A program made the position numbers and the translations under genes. Below are positions 38,118 to 47,988 of a stretch of DNA of 64,000 nt, one piece after another. The DNA lies in contig CAVXTP010000006.1 of NCBI GenBank assembly GCA_963764715.1, positions 352,001 to 416,000 of the forward strand, read 5' to 3'. This DNA comes from an uncultured Acidobacteriota bacterium. GTDB taxonomy: Bacteria > Acidobacteriota > Thermoanaerobaculia > UBA5066 > Gp7-AA6. Every line of letters begins with the position of its first letter. Position 1 is the first letter of the stretch. Under the pieces are notes generated by a model. The model was not told the DNA's origin. It searched no databases and worked only from the letters and a program-made list of their open reading frames with translations.

Positions 38118-40553
38118 ATGGGACAGCTTCTCCGGGACCTGCGCTTCGGCTCGCGATCGCTCGCGCGGAGCCCCGGATTTGCCGCGGTGGCGCTGACAAC
38201 GATCGCTCTCGGGATCGGCGCCAACACCGCGATCTTCAGCGTCGTCGACGCCGTTCTGCTCAGACCGCTCCCCTTCCCCGGCGCCAACCGCCTCGTGGCG
38301 GTCTCCCAGAATCAGCCGAGCCTGGGCGTCACCGGCAACGGCGTCTCCTATCCGAACTTCGACGACTGGCGCACACGGTCGAAATCCTTCGAGGAGCTCG
38401 CGGCGATCCGGATGCACGACTACACGCTGACCGGACACGGGGACCCGCTCCTCGTCACGGCCGGGACCGTCACGTCGAACCTCTTCCGGATGCTCGAGGA
38501 CACGCCCCTCCTCGGCCGCACGCTCGCGGCGGTCGACGACGACCCGGCCGCCCCGGCGGTCGCCGTGCTCGGCGAGCGGCTCTGGCGCGCTCGCTTTGCG
38601 GCCGATCCCGCGATCGTCGGAAAGTCGATCCTTCTCGACCAGAAACCGGTCGTCGTGGTGGGCGTCATGCCGGCGCGGTTCAAGACGCCGCCCGAGTCGC
38701 CGCGCGCCGACCTCTGGCTGACGCTGACGCACGACCCCGTCTTCGGCGACCTGCGCGAGCGCCGCGGGGGCCACTACCTCCGGATCGTCGGACGCCTGAA
38801 GAGCGGGACGACGCCGGCCGGGGCCCGGGCCGAGCTCGCGTCGGTGCAGGCGGCCCTCGCGCGCGAGTACCCGAAAGAGAACGAGGGCTGGGGAATCGAG
38901 ATCGTCCCGCTCGCGGAGAGCCTCGTTTCGGGCGTTCGGACCGCCCTTCTCGTCCTGCTCGGCGCGGTGGGTCTCGTCTTCGCGATCGCCTGCGCCAACG
39001 TGGCGAACCTCCTGCTCGCGCGGGCGAGCGGCCGCGCGCGCGAGGTCGCCATCCGGACGGCCCTCGGCGCGAGCCGCGCTCGGCTTCTGCGGCAATTCCT
39101 GGCGGAAGGCATCCTTCTCGCCGGCACGGGCGGCGCTCTCGGCGTCGGCCTCGCCTTCGCGGGATTGAAGGGGCTCGAGGCCTGGCTTCCCGCGGATCTT
39201 CCGCGGGTGTCGGAGATCCGCCTCGACACGACGGTCCTGCTCTTCGCCCTCGGCGCCTGTCTCGTCGCCGCCGTCGCGTTCGGCCTCGCCCCGGCGTTCC
39301 AGTCTTCGGGAGCGAATCCCTCGTCGGCCCTGAAGGAAGGGTCGTCGGGCGCCGGCGAGGGCGGCGGCCGGAGGCGCCTGCGGCGCGCGCTCGTCGTGGC
39401 GGAGACGGCCCTCTCGTTCGTGCTCCTGATCGGCGCGGGACTGCTCACGAAGAGCTTCCTGCGCCTGCAGGAGGCCCCGCTCGGATTCCAGCCGACGGGC
39501 GTGCTGACCGCCGGCATATCGCTCCCCCGCAACCAGTACACGAAACCCGAACAGTGGCTCGGATTCTACGAGCGCCTCGTCGAACGGCTCGAGGCCGAGC
39601 CCGGGGTCGAATCCGCCGCTGCGGTCCTGCCGCTTCCGCTCACGGGAAGCGGGCTCAACTTCGCCTTCACGGTCGAGGGCCGCCCCGCTCCGGCCGCGGG
39701 CGCGGACCTCAGCGCCAACTACACGGCGCTGACACCCGGCTACTTCCAGGCCCTCCGCATCCCGCTCCTGCGGGGACGCCTCTTCACGGCGAGCGACGCG
39801 GCCTCCGCGCCGAAGGTTTGCGTGATCTCGGACGCGCTGGCGCGGCGCCATTTCCCGGGCGAGGACCCGATCGGCCGGCGCATCGCCTTCGGCTTCACCG
39901 AAAGCGTCCCGCGGACGATCGTGGGTATCGTCGGCGACGTTAAACGCGACGGTATCGCCGCCGACTCGAAGCCCGAGATGTACGTTCCCTTCGAGCAGGA
40001 GCCGTGGTGGGCCTCCTATCTCGCGATCCGGACAAAGCGTATGGGCGACCCCGGCGCTCTCGCCGCCGCCATTCGCCGCGAGGTCGCCGCGCTCGACCCG
40101 TCGCTCCCGGTCGCCGACATCCAGCCGATGACGGCGATCGTCAATGACTCCGTCGCGCAGCCGCGCTTCCGCACGACGCTGCTCTCCCTTTTCGGCGCCA
40201 CGGCCCTGCTGCTGGCGGTCATCGGTCTCTATGGCCTCATCGCCTACGACGTCGGCCGCCGCGCGCGGGAGATCGCCATCCGTCTTGCCCTCGGCGCGAG
40301 CCGGCGCGACGTGCTCGGACTCGTGTTCCGCCAGGGCCTCGCACTGACCGCCACCGGCCTCGCCGTTGGCGCGGCGGGGGCCGCGGTGCTGACACGTTTC
40401 CTCTCGAGCCTCCTCTTCGAAACGCGTCCGATCGACCCGGCGACCTATGCCGCCGTTGCCGCGCTACTCCTCGCGGCGGGCCTTCTGGCCTGCTGGGTTC
40501 CGGCGCGCCGGGCACTTTCCGTCGACCCGAACCGGGTCCTGAGAAGCGAGTAG
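38118..40553 (+). CDS. ADOP-type duplicated ABC permease (MacB/FtsX)
   Basis: DLRFGSRSL..SPGF, LGIGANTAIFSVV, IACANVANLLLAR, REIAIRLALGA. Confidence 0.92.
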   Translation: MGQLLRDLRFGSRSLARSPGFAAVALTTIALGIGANTAIFSVVDAVLLRPLPFPGANRLVAVSQNQPSLGVTGNGVSYPNFDDWRTRSKSFEELAAIRMHDYTLTGHGDPLLVTAGTVTSNLFRMLEDTPLLGRTLAAVDDDPAAPAVAVLGERLWRARFAADPAIVGKSILLDQKPVVVVGVMPARFKTPPESPRADLWLTLTHDPVFGDLRERRGGHYLRIVGRLKSGTTPAGARAELASVQAALAREYPKENEGWGIEIVPLAESLVSGVRTALLVLLGAVGLVFAIACANVANLLLARASGRAREVAIRTALGASRARLLRQFLAEGILLAGTGGALGVGLAFAGLKGLEAWLPADLPRVSEIRLDTTVLLFALGACLVAAVAFGLAPAFQSSGANPSSALKEGSSGAGEGGGRRRLRRALVVAETALSFVLLIGAGLLTKSFLRLQEAPLGFQPTGVLTAGISLPRNQYTKPEQWLGFYERLVERLEAEPGVESAAAVLPLPLTGSGLNFAFTVEGRPAPAAGADLSANYTALTPGYFQALRIPLLRGRLFTASDAASAPKVCVISDALARRHFPGEDPIGRRIAFGFTESVPRTIVGIVGDVKRDGIAADSKPEMYVPFEQEPWWASYLAIRTKRMGDPGALAAAIRREVAALDPSLPVADIQPMTAIVNDSVAQPRFRTTLLSLFGATALLLAVIGLYGLIAYDVGRRAREIAIRLALGASRRDVLGLVFRQGLALTATGLAVGAAGAAVLTRFLSSLLFETRPIDPATYAAVAALLLAAGLLACWVPARRALSVDPNRVLRSE

Positions 40554-40578
40554 CCGCGCCCGGGACCCGATCGCTTCG

Positions 40579-41487
40579 TCATCGCCGTTCGCCTCCGGCG
40601 CTCGCGCCGAGCGCCCGGCGGAGCGAGGCGACGAGGAGGGCCAGGGCGGGCGGGGCGGGGGCCGCCTCGGGCCGGGTGGCGAACCCGACGGGGAGCGCGA
40701 TGACGAGGTCCGCCAGGCTCCGGACGATCGTCCCCGGCGGCGCCGGCGAAACGGCCGCACGCGGCAGGATGGCGATGCCCATCTTCTGGTGCACGGCCGC
40801 CTTGAGCGTCTCAGTGCCCCCGCTCTCGACGCTCCACTGAGGCCGCACGCCGTGCTCCTGCAGGGCCGTCTCGATCGCTCGCCGGTAGGAGCAGCCCTGC
40901 TCGGTCAGGAGGAGCGGCTCGCCCTCGAGGTCCCGAGCGCGGAGAGGCTTTCGCCCGGAGAGCCGGTGCCCGCGCGGAACGAGCAGGGCCATCTCCTCGG
41001 CGAAGAGCGGCTCGAAGTCGAGGCCCAGCTCGGCCGGGGGCGCGGAGCAGAGGCCGAGGTCGAGCTCTCCATCGGCCACGCCGCGACTGACGCCGTTGGT
41101 TCCCGAGACGTCGAGGCGCACGCGCAGCGCGGGCCGCTCGCGCTGGAGCTTGCCGAGGAGGGGCATGACTCGCTGGCTCGCGGCGGGCTCGATCGAGCCG
41201 ACGCGGATCAGGCCGCTGCGTCCGTCTCTCAGCTCCGACATGCTCCGCGCGAGCCGGTCGAAGGAGTCGAGGATCGGCCCGGCGCGCTCGGCGAGGAGCT
41301 CGCCGGCGGGAGTCAGCGGTCGCCGGCGCCCGCGACGGTCGAAGAGCTCGAGGCCGAACTGCGCTTCGAGCTCCTGGATGTGCAGCGTCACGGTGGGCTG
41401 GGCGAGGCCGAGGGCGCGGGCGGCCTTGAGGAAGCTGCCCTCGCGGAGGACCGCCTGGAAAGTGGCGAGGTGGCGGCCGTCCATCAC
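40579..41487 (-). CDS. LysR family transcriptional regulator
   Basis: GSFLKAARALGLAQPTVTLHIQELE..GLELFDR...LTPAG. Confidence 0.93.
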   Translation of the reverse strand: MMDGRHLATFQAVLREGSFLKAARALGLAQPTVTLHIQELEAQFGLELFDRRGRRRPLTPAGELLAERAGPILDSFDRLARSMSELRDGRSGLIRVGSIEPAASQRVMPLLGKLQRERPALRVRLDVSGTNGVSRGVADGELDLGLCSAPPAELGLDFEPLFAEEMALLVPRGHRLSGRKPLRARDLEGEPLLLTEQGCSYRRAIETALQEHGVRPQWSVESGGTETLKAAVHQKMGIAILPRAAVSPAPPGTIVRSLADLVIALPVGFATRPEAAPAPPALALLVASLRRALGASAGGERR

Positions 41488-41580
41488 GTCAAATCACCAT
41501 TTCTGATTCTATAGTCACATAAAATCATCATTGATAATAGCATATGCGACGCCTAGGCTCGCCGGCGTGGAGTTGTCGCC

Positions 41581-44019
41581 ATGATGCCGAGCCTGCTGCG
41601 CGACCTGCGACTCGCCTTCCGCAACGTCCGCCGCCGCCCGGGCTTCGCCGCCGCCGTCGTCGCGACACTCGCCCTGGCGATCGGGGCCAACACGGCGATC
41701 TTCACCGTCGTCCGCGCGGTGCTGCTGCGCCGGCTCCCCTTCGCGCACGCCGACCGGCTCTTCGCGGTCCACTCCCTCGAGCCCGGGAGCGACCGCCAGC
41801 CCTTCGCCATCGCCGACTTTCTCGAGCTGCGCGAGAACACGCGGAGCTTCGACGCCCTCCTCGCCTACGGCGGCTGGAGCGCCAACCTGACCGGCGTCGA
41901 CGAGCCGGTGACGCTGCCGGCGCAGTGGGTCTCGCGCGACTTCTTCCGCGTCCTCGGCGCGCGCGCGTCGCTCGGCCGGACGCCGCTGCCGGAGGAAGAA
42001 CGGCCGGGAGGCGCCCGCGTCGTGCTGCTCGGCGACGGCCTCTGGAAATCCCGCTTCGGCGCAGACCCCGCGATCCTCGGCCGCGCCCTGACGCTCAACG
42101 GCGAGCCCTACACCGTCATCGGAGTCCTGCCGCCCGAGTACCCGTTCCTCGCTTCGAGCGCGCAGCTCGTCACACCCCTCGTCCTGGAGACCGATCCCCG
42201 ACGGGCCCGGCGCCGCTCGACTTTCCTGCGCGTGCTCGGCGTCCTCAAGCCCGGGATCGAGCCGGGGGCCGCCGGGAAGGACCTCGACACGATCGTCGCG
42301 GGCCTGCGCGCCGCCTATCCCGACACCAACGCGGGCCGCTCGGGCGTACGGCTGCAGCCCCTCGCGGAGCTCGTCGTCGGGAACTTCCGCAAGACGCTCC
42401 TGCTGCTGCAGGCCGCCGTGGCGCTCGTGCTCCTGATCGCCTGCACCAACCTGACCAACCTGCTGCTCGCGCGGGTGGCCGGCCGGCGGCCGGAGCTCGC
42501 TCTGCGCGCGGCCCTCGGGGCGCGGCGGCGGGACCTCCTCCGCCAGCTCCTCGTCGAGACGGGAGTGCTGGCCCTGCTCGGCGGCGTCCTCGGCCTCCTC
42601 GTGGCGGTTGGCGGGGTGCGCGCCCTGCTCGCCCTCGGTCCCGCCCGGATGCCCCGCGCCTCCGAGATCGGGATCGACCTGCCGATCCTGGCCTTCAATC
42701 TCGCCCTCTCGATCGCCGCCGGCCTCGCCCTGGGTCTCGCCCCCGCGATCCAGGGAAGCCGGGGAATCGCCCGGACGCTCTCGGGGATGGGCCGCGGGAA
42801 CACCGGCGGCCGCCGCAGCACCCGGGCCCGGGCCGCCCTCGTCGCGGCCGAGGTCGGGCTCTCGCTCGTGCTCCTCGTCGGCGCCGGCCTGCTACTCCGC
42901 ACGCTTCAAAGACTGCAGGCGACCGACCCCGGCTTCCGGGCCGACCACCTGCTGAGCGTGCAGCTCTCGCTGCCGAAGTCGCGCTATGGCCGCCCGGAGG
43001 CGATCTCCCTCTTCGCCGAGCAGGTCACGGCGCGGCTCTCGGGCCTTCCCGGCGTCGAAGAGGTTTCGGCCGCTTCGCTCAACCCGCTGACGCAGTGGCG
43101 GGCAAACATCTCCTTCCTGATCGAAGGCCGGCCGGACCAGGATCGTGCGAAGGCGCCGCTCGCCAACTATCGCGCCGTCTCTCCCGGCTACTTCCACACG
43201 CTCGGGGTCCCGCTGCGGGAAGGCCGCGACGTCGGCCCCCACGACACGGCCGACTCGGTCCCGGTCGTGCTCGTGAGCGAAACGTTCGCACGGCGCCACT
43301 TCCCGGACTCGAGTCCCCTCGGCGCCCGGCTGCAGATCGACGACCGCGATCCGTGGCGGACGGTCGAGATCGTCGGCGTCGTCGGCGACGTCAAGTTCAC
43401 CGGACTCGACGCCGACGGCGCGGCGGACGTTTACGTCCCCTACCCGCAGACGCCGCCGGACGTCTCGGTGTGGCTGGCGAACATCTTCTGCATCGCGCTG
43501 CGGACGCGCGGCGAGCCCGCGACGCTCGCCCCCGCCGTCCGACGGGAGATCCGCGCGCTCGATGCCGACGTCGCGGCGTCGGCCGTCCGGCCCATGGAGG
43601 AGGCGCTCGACGAGTCGCTGGCCGAGCGCCGGTTCCAGACGGTCCTCCTCGAGGTCTTCGGGGCGGCGGCCCTGGCGCTCGCCCTCGCCGGGATCTACGC
43701 GGTGACGGCCTTCGCCGTCGTCGAGCGCACGCGCGAGATCGGCGTGCGGCTTTCGCTCGGGTCCTCCCGCGGGCGCATCCTGGGCCTCATCGCGCAGCAG
43801 TCGCTGCGGCCGGTCGCCGCCGGCCTCGTTTGCGGGGCGGCCGCCGCGCTCGCGTTGGGGAGGCTCGTCTCGGGCCTGCTCTACGGCATCGCAGCCAACG
43901 ACGCCTCGACGCTCCTCGGCTCGGCCGCCGTCCTCGGGCTCGCCGCCGGAACGGCGAGCATCCTGCCGGCCCTGCGGGCGACCCGCATCGACCCGGTCCG
44001 CGCCCTGCGGGCCGAGTGA
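41581..44019 (+). CDS. ADOP-type duplicated ABC permease (MacB/FtsX)
   Basis: LAIGANTAIF, LIACTNLTNLLLAR, REIGVRLSLG, IDPVRALRAE. Confidence 0.92.
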   Translation: MMPSLLRDLRLAFRNVRRRPGFAAAVVATLALAIGANTAIFTVVRAVLLRRLPFAHADRLFAVHSLEPGSDRQPFAIADFLELRENTRSFDALLAYGGWSANLTGVDEPVTLPAQWVSRDFFRVLGARASLGRTPLPEEERPGGARVVLLGDGLWKSRFGADPAILGRALTLNGEPYTVIGVLPPEYPFLASSAQLVTPLVLETDPRRARRRSTFLRVLGVLKPGIEPGAAGKDLDTIVAGLRAAYPDTNAGRSGVRLQPLAELVVGNFRKTLLLLQAAVALVLLIACTNLTNLLLARVAGRRPELALRAALGARRRDLLRQLLVETGVLALLGGVLGLLVAVGGVRALLALGPARMPRASEIGIDLPILAFNLALSIAAGLALGLAPAIQGSRGIARTLSGMGRGNTGGRRSTRARAALVAAEVGLSLVLLVGAGLLLRTLQRLQATDPGFRADHLLSVQLSLPKSRYGRPEAISLFAEQVTARLSGLPGVEEVSAASLNPLTQWRANISFLIEGRPDQDRAKAPLANYRAVSPGYFHTLGVPLREGRDVGPHDTADSVPVVLVSETFARRHFPDSSPLGARLQIDDRDPWRTVEIVGVVGDVKFTGLDADGAADVYVPYPQTPPDVSVWLANIFCIALRTRGEPATLAPAVRREIRALDADVAASAVRPMEEALDESLAERRFQTVLLEVFGAAALALALAGIYAVTAFAVVERTREIGVRLSLGSSRGRILGLIAQQSLRPVAAGLVCGAAAALALGRLVSGLLYGIAANDASTLLGSAAVLGLAAGTASILPALRATRIDPVRALRAE

Positions 44020-44026
44020 GGCGGAG

Positions 44027-44413
44027 TCAGAGGTTCGGAGAAGCCGAGGCGGCCCAATTCGGCAGCCGCGCGAGCAGGCGATTGGCCCGCCGAACCAGCG
44101 CGGCGATCTTCTCGCGGCACCGCGTCTGCTCGCCGATCGGGATCTCCCAGGACACCAGGGACGACGAGAACACCGCTTCCGCCAGGGCCGGCTCGCCCTC
44201 TTCGAGGCCGCGGGTCCACTCCTCCCGGATCATGGCCCGCCGCGCCTCGCGGAGCGCCTCGAGCTTTTCCGGACGGCCGGAGGTCGGACGAAAGCGCAGG
44301 GTCATCCGGCCCGACGGCGGGTCGGTCGTCGCCGCGACCTCATCGAGTCCGAGGGGGGCTTCCGGCAGGATAAACCGCTCGTGCCGCCGCGTCCGCCAGG
44401 CCACCACGTTCAT
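44027..44413 (-). CDS. Hypothetical protein
   Basis: AGGAGG SD before ATG 44413; protein-like composition. Confidence 0.55.
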   Translation of the reverse strand: MNVVAWRTRRHERFILPEAPLGLDEVAATTDPPSGRMTLRFRPTSGRPEKLEALREARRAMIREEWTRGLEEGEPALAEAVFSSSLVSWEIPIGEQTRCREKIAALVRRANRLLARLPNWAASASPNL

Positions 44414-44476
44414 CGTTCCTCCTCGCGCCGGAACCAAAATGACCGATTTGCGCGGGACGGAACTGATGCAAAAGCA

Positions 44477-44932
44477 TCATTCGGGGGAACCCTCGCCCTC
44501 GCTCCGACGCGCCGGAGCGGCGTCGAGCGACCACGGCCCCGGCCCGACCAGGAGGAGAAACACCAACCCGAGCACCATGGAGAAGTCCGTTCGGGCCTCG
44601 TGAAGCATCGGCCAGAAGCCCTGCGCCGACAACATCGGGAGCTTCGTCGAGAGGATCGCCACCGCCATGTCGATCAGGAGCGGGATCGTCGCGAGCCGCG
44701 TCAGGAGCCCGAGCAGAAGGAGAAGGCCGCAAACGATCTCGACCGCGCCCACGAAGGGGGCCGTGAGCTGCGGGCCCGGGATCCCGATCCTGGCGAACCG
44801 GCCCGCGCCCAGAGCGTCGGGGAACAGGAACTTCTGAACGCCCTCCGAGACGAAAACCCAGCCCACGAGAACGCGAATCAAGACCGCCGCGCCGGGCGCC
44901 GTCGTGCGGCCCGCGCCTGGATGAGGACTCAT
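44477..44932 (-). CDS. DoxX family membrane protein
   Basis: LIRVLVGWVFVSEGVQKF...EIVCGLLLLLGLLTR...GPGPWSLD. Confidence 0.88.
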   Translation of the reverse strand: MSPHPGAGRTTAPGAAVLIRVLVGWVFVSEGVQKFLFPDALGAGRFARIGIPGPQLTAPFVGAVEIVCGLLLLLGLLTRLATIPLLIDMAVAILSTKLPMLSAQGFWPMLHEARTDFSMVLGLVFLLLVGPGPWSLDAAPARRSEGEGSPE

Positions 44933-44945
44933 TCGAACCTCCGGG

Positions 44946-45656
44946 TCAGGCCTTTGGCGTGAACTGCGCCAGGTCGTAGATTCCGAGCGACTTCTCGATC
45001 GAAGCGACCTTGTCGACCATCTTCTCGAAGCCGTCTTCCCCGAAGAGCTCGTGCTCCTTCTTCTCGAACGCTTCGCCGAGGGAGTCGTACTCGTGGGGCG
45101 AGACGATGCCGCGAAACGCCGGGAAGAGCACCGTGTCCTCCCGCGCCTCGTGCGGGCGGTACATCCGGACGAAGCCGCGGAGAGAGTCCGCGAGCTGTGC
45201 GCGGCCATCGGGGCTCTTGAGGGCGGGAGCCGTCGAGAGCCGGAGGGTCGTTTCCGTCAGCCGGCGTCCCGCCTCGTGTTGCTGGAGGAGCACCGAGACC
45301 AGGTCCGTCAGCTTGTTCGCCTTCCTGAACCGCGGGAAGAGGAAGTCCTCCTCCAGCTTCTCGTGGTAGTCCTCGATGAAGTTCCGGATGATCCGGGCGG
45401 AATCGGCCAGGGGCTCCGGCGGCAGGTCTTCCTTCGCGTCGAGCCTCCGCAGGGCTTCCCCGTAGATCAGCAGGATCCGGTTGAGGACGCCGTGCTCGCG
45501 CATCAGGTCTTCGGCCGGTGAGACATCCTCCTCCGTCGACTCCCCCTCGCCTCGGGCGCGGGCCGTCCCCGAGACACCGGAGATCAGGACGGCCGCTCCT
45601 CCGGCAGCCGCAACGCCGAGAAAGCCGCGACGCGTCGGGGCGGATGTCTCACCCAT
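44946..45656 (-). CDS. Tat-exported hemerythrin-like (HHE) protein
   Basis: TRRGFL Tat motif; LMREH, YHEKLEEDFLFP, QQH, HEAREDTVLFP. Confidence 0.85.
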   Translation of the reverse strand: MGETSAPTRRGFLGVAAAGGAAVLISGVSGTARARGEGESTEEDVSPAEDLMREHGVLNRILLIYGEALRRLDAKEDLPPEPLADSARIIRNFIEDYHEKLEEDFLFPRFRKANKLTDLVSVLLQQHEAGRRLTETTLRLSTAPALKSPDGRAQLADSLRGFVRMYRPHEAREDTVLFPAFRGIVSPHEYDSLGEAFEKKEHELFGEDGFEKMVDKVASIEKSLGIYDLAQFTPKA

Positions 45657-45674
45657 GGTTCCCTCCGTCGAGCG

Positions 45675-45749
45675 TGGTGGGAGGTGAGGGGATCGAACCC
45701 CCGACCACCTGCGTGTAAAACAGGCGCTCTACCTCTGAGCTAACCTCCC
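45675..45749 (-). tRNA. tRNA-Val (TAC)
   Basis: GGGAGGTTAGCTCAGAGGTAGAGCGCCTGTTTTACACGCAGGTGGTCGGGGGTTCGATCCCCTCACCTCCCACCA. Confidence 0.95.
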
Positions 45750-45820
45750 GGCGCCGGCGAAATTCCGAACCCGCGGCGATTCTACGTCGCGCGCGGCGTG
45801 GCTCGGGGAGGCGCGGCGGC

Positions 45821-47809
45821 CTAGGGCCTCGGCGTGAGGGACCGCGGCGCCGGCGGCGGGACGACGGGCAGGATGTCTTGCCGTGCGGCGGGTGTCGGCG
45901 TGGGGGTCGGCGCGAGCGACTCGGCGACGTCGATCGCCGCCGTGCCGAGGTTCGAGTCCGTCGACCCGTCCCAGGCGGCGAAGCTGAAGGCGTCCCGCCC
46001 GGCGAATCCGGGCTCGGGGATGTAGGTGACCGTGCGGCCCGAGAGGCCCGCCGTGCCGTGCGCCGGTTGCCGCACGATGCGCAGCGCCAGCGCATCGCCG
46101 TTGGCGTCGCTCGCCGCGAGGGACAGGACGAGCGGCGTGCCGTACGGCGTCGCCGCCAGCGCGTCGGTGACGACCGGCGCCGCGTTGGGATTGGCGTTCT
46201 CGCTCGACGGGCCGGAGTGGCAGGTGTAGCAGCCGACCTGGAATCCCTTCCAGAAGGTCTTCGTCCCGAAGCGGGTGTCGAGCGTCCGATCCCCGAAGGC
46301 GCGCGAGAGCACGGTCCCGCGATAGTCGACCCCGTGGCAGGCCTGGCAGCGCGAGGCGTTGTTCTCCGCGGCGTTCGAGTGAGCGGAGACCCAGTCCTGG
46401 CCGACCGGGTGCATGCCGTGGGGCCCGCCGTCGATCGTCGAGGGGGTCGCCGCATGGCAGGTCGCGCAGTCGGCGATCGTCCCGACGTGGCCCTCGAGCG
46501 CCAGCGACTGCATGTTGTCGTTGCGGTGCGAGCTCGGGTACTCGGCATGCGTCGAGCCGTGGCACGCCTCGCAGGCGAGATTGCCGTGGCCGTGCGACAG
46601 CCGGTAGAGAGAGAAGCCCGCCGCGGGAACGTCCGGCGTGGTCGCGAACGTCGGGTCGGCCGGGACGCGGACTCCTCCCGTGCCGTCGAACACCGTCGTG
46701 TACCGGATCTGGCCGCTGTTGTGCGCCGCCGTCCCGGTGTGGCAGCTCTGGCAGGCCGGCACGTCGAGCCAGCCCTGCCGCGCCGCCGACGCGACGTCGC
46801 CCATCGATCCATGACAGCTCTGGCACTGGATGGCGAGGCTGGCGTCGGAGGCCACCGCGCTTCCCATCGCGCCGCGCAGGCAGCGGGTCCGGGAGCCGGG
46901 ATGGCAGCGGTAGCACGCGTCGCGATTGTCGGAGGAGCCGAGCGGCACGCCGGTGTCGGGGTCCGGGGACGTCGCGTGGAAGCCGTGCATGGCCTGCGTC
47001 AGCGGAGTCACCCCGGCGAGTCCGGTGCCCGGCAGCGCGTTCGACCCGTGGCAGCGCGCGCACAGGATCGGCGTGCCGTCCTGCGCCACCGTCGCCTCGA
47101 GGCCGGCGGCGTTGTAGCCGGCCTGAGCGAGCGCGGCCCGGTACGCCGCGCTCGCCCCCTGGCGGGAGTCGTGGAGAGCGAGGATGGCGCGTTTCATGTC
47201 CCCCAGCGGGTCGAGGCTCGCCGCGGGCGGGACGTGGCACGAGCGGCAGCTCATCTCGTCGGAGACCGGCACGACGATGTCCGTCGAGGCGAGCTCGCCG
47301 CCCGCGGCATCGCGCGCAACCAGGCGCAGCATCGGGTACGGGTTGCCGCGCCTCGCGTCGTCGTAGGGAGTGATCGGGATTCCGTCGGCGTGAAACCAGC
47401 CGTGCGCGGGATCGAAGGCCATCGGCTGCGGAACGTTGCCCGGGCCCGGCATCGCGTACCCGGCCAGCCCCATGTCCGGCGGCGGCGAGGCCCCGAACAG
47501 CTCGCCGACGTGCCGCCAGAAGTTGGTTTTCCCCCGGGAAGTCCGGTTGATGGAGCCGTCCGGGTCCGCGACCGCCTCGTAGGTCACCCTGACCGCCGAC
47601 GGATCGGTCGCGAGGCGTCCCGAGGGGTCGACGAGCTGCGCGCGAACGTTGTTGAACGGCGGAAGAAGCGAGAAGACCGCGTAGTCGACCCCGTCGGTGC
47701 AGTGCATCCCGAGGTCGTTCCAGCCGACGAGCCTCCAGCCCGCAGGCGCGGCGTCTCCCCTCGCCGCCGCCGCGAGAATCGCCAGAACCATCAGGAACAC
47801 GCGCCGCAC
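45821..47809 (-). CDS. Secreted nine-heme c-type cytochrome with C-terminal Ig/cadherin-like domain
   Basis: Nine CxxCH motifs counted, N-terminal WNDLGMHC, YIPEPGFAGRDAFSF, Pro/Thr tail. Confidence 0.9.
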   Translation of the reverse strand: MRRVFLMVLAILAAAARGDAAPAGWRLVGWNDLGMHCTDGVDYAVFSLLPPFNNVRAQLVDPSGRLATDPSAVRVTYEAVADPDGSINRTSRGKTNFWRHVGELFGASPPPDMGLAGYAMPGPGNVPQPMAFDPAHGWFHADGIPITPYDDARRGNPYPMLRLVARDAAGGELASTDIVVPVSDEMSCRSCHVPPAASLDPLGDMKRAILALHDSRQGASAAYRAALAQAGYNAAGLEATVAQDGTPILCARCHGSNALPGTGLAGVTPLTQAMHGFHATSPDPDTGVPLGSSDNRDACYRCHPGSRTRCLRGAMGSAVASDASLAIQCQSCHGSMGDVASAARQGWLDVPACQSCHTGTAAHNSGQIRYTTVFDGTGGVRVPADPTFATTPDVPAAGFSLYRLSHGHGNLACEACHGSTHAEYPSSHRNDNMQSLALEGHVGTIADCATCHAATPSTIDGGPHGMHPVGQDWVSAHSNAAENNASRCQACHGVDYRGTVLSRAFGDRTLDTRFGTKTFWKGFQVGCYTCHSGPSSENANPNAAPVVTDALAATPYGTPLVLSLAASDANGDALALRIVRQPAHGTAGLSGRTVTYIPEPGFAGRDAFSFAAWDGSTDSNLGTAAIDVAESLAPTPTPTPAARQDILPVVPPPAPRSLTPRP

Positions 47810-47988
47810 GAGAGCGATGCTGGCCCGAAAGGCCCGCGGCCGAAAGATGCAGACGCACCAGCGGCAGGACCGGAAGGGCGGCCGGGCGGACCTGCGGTAG
47901 AATCACCGGCAACCACAAAGCATGAACAATCACCAGGCCGGAACCGCCTCCGGCGGGATTTCCGCAGCCCATCCCGGCGCGCGCTGAG

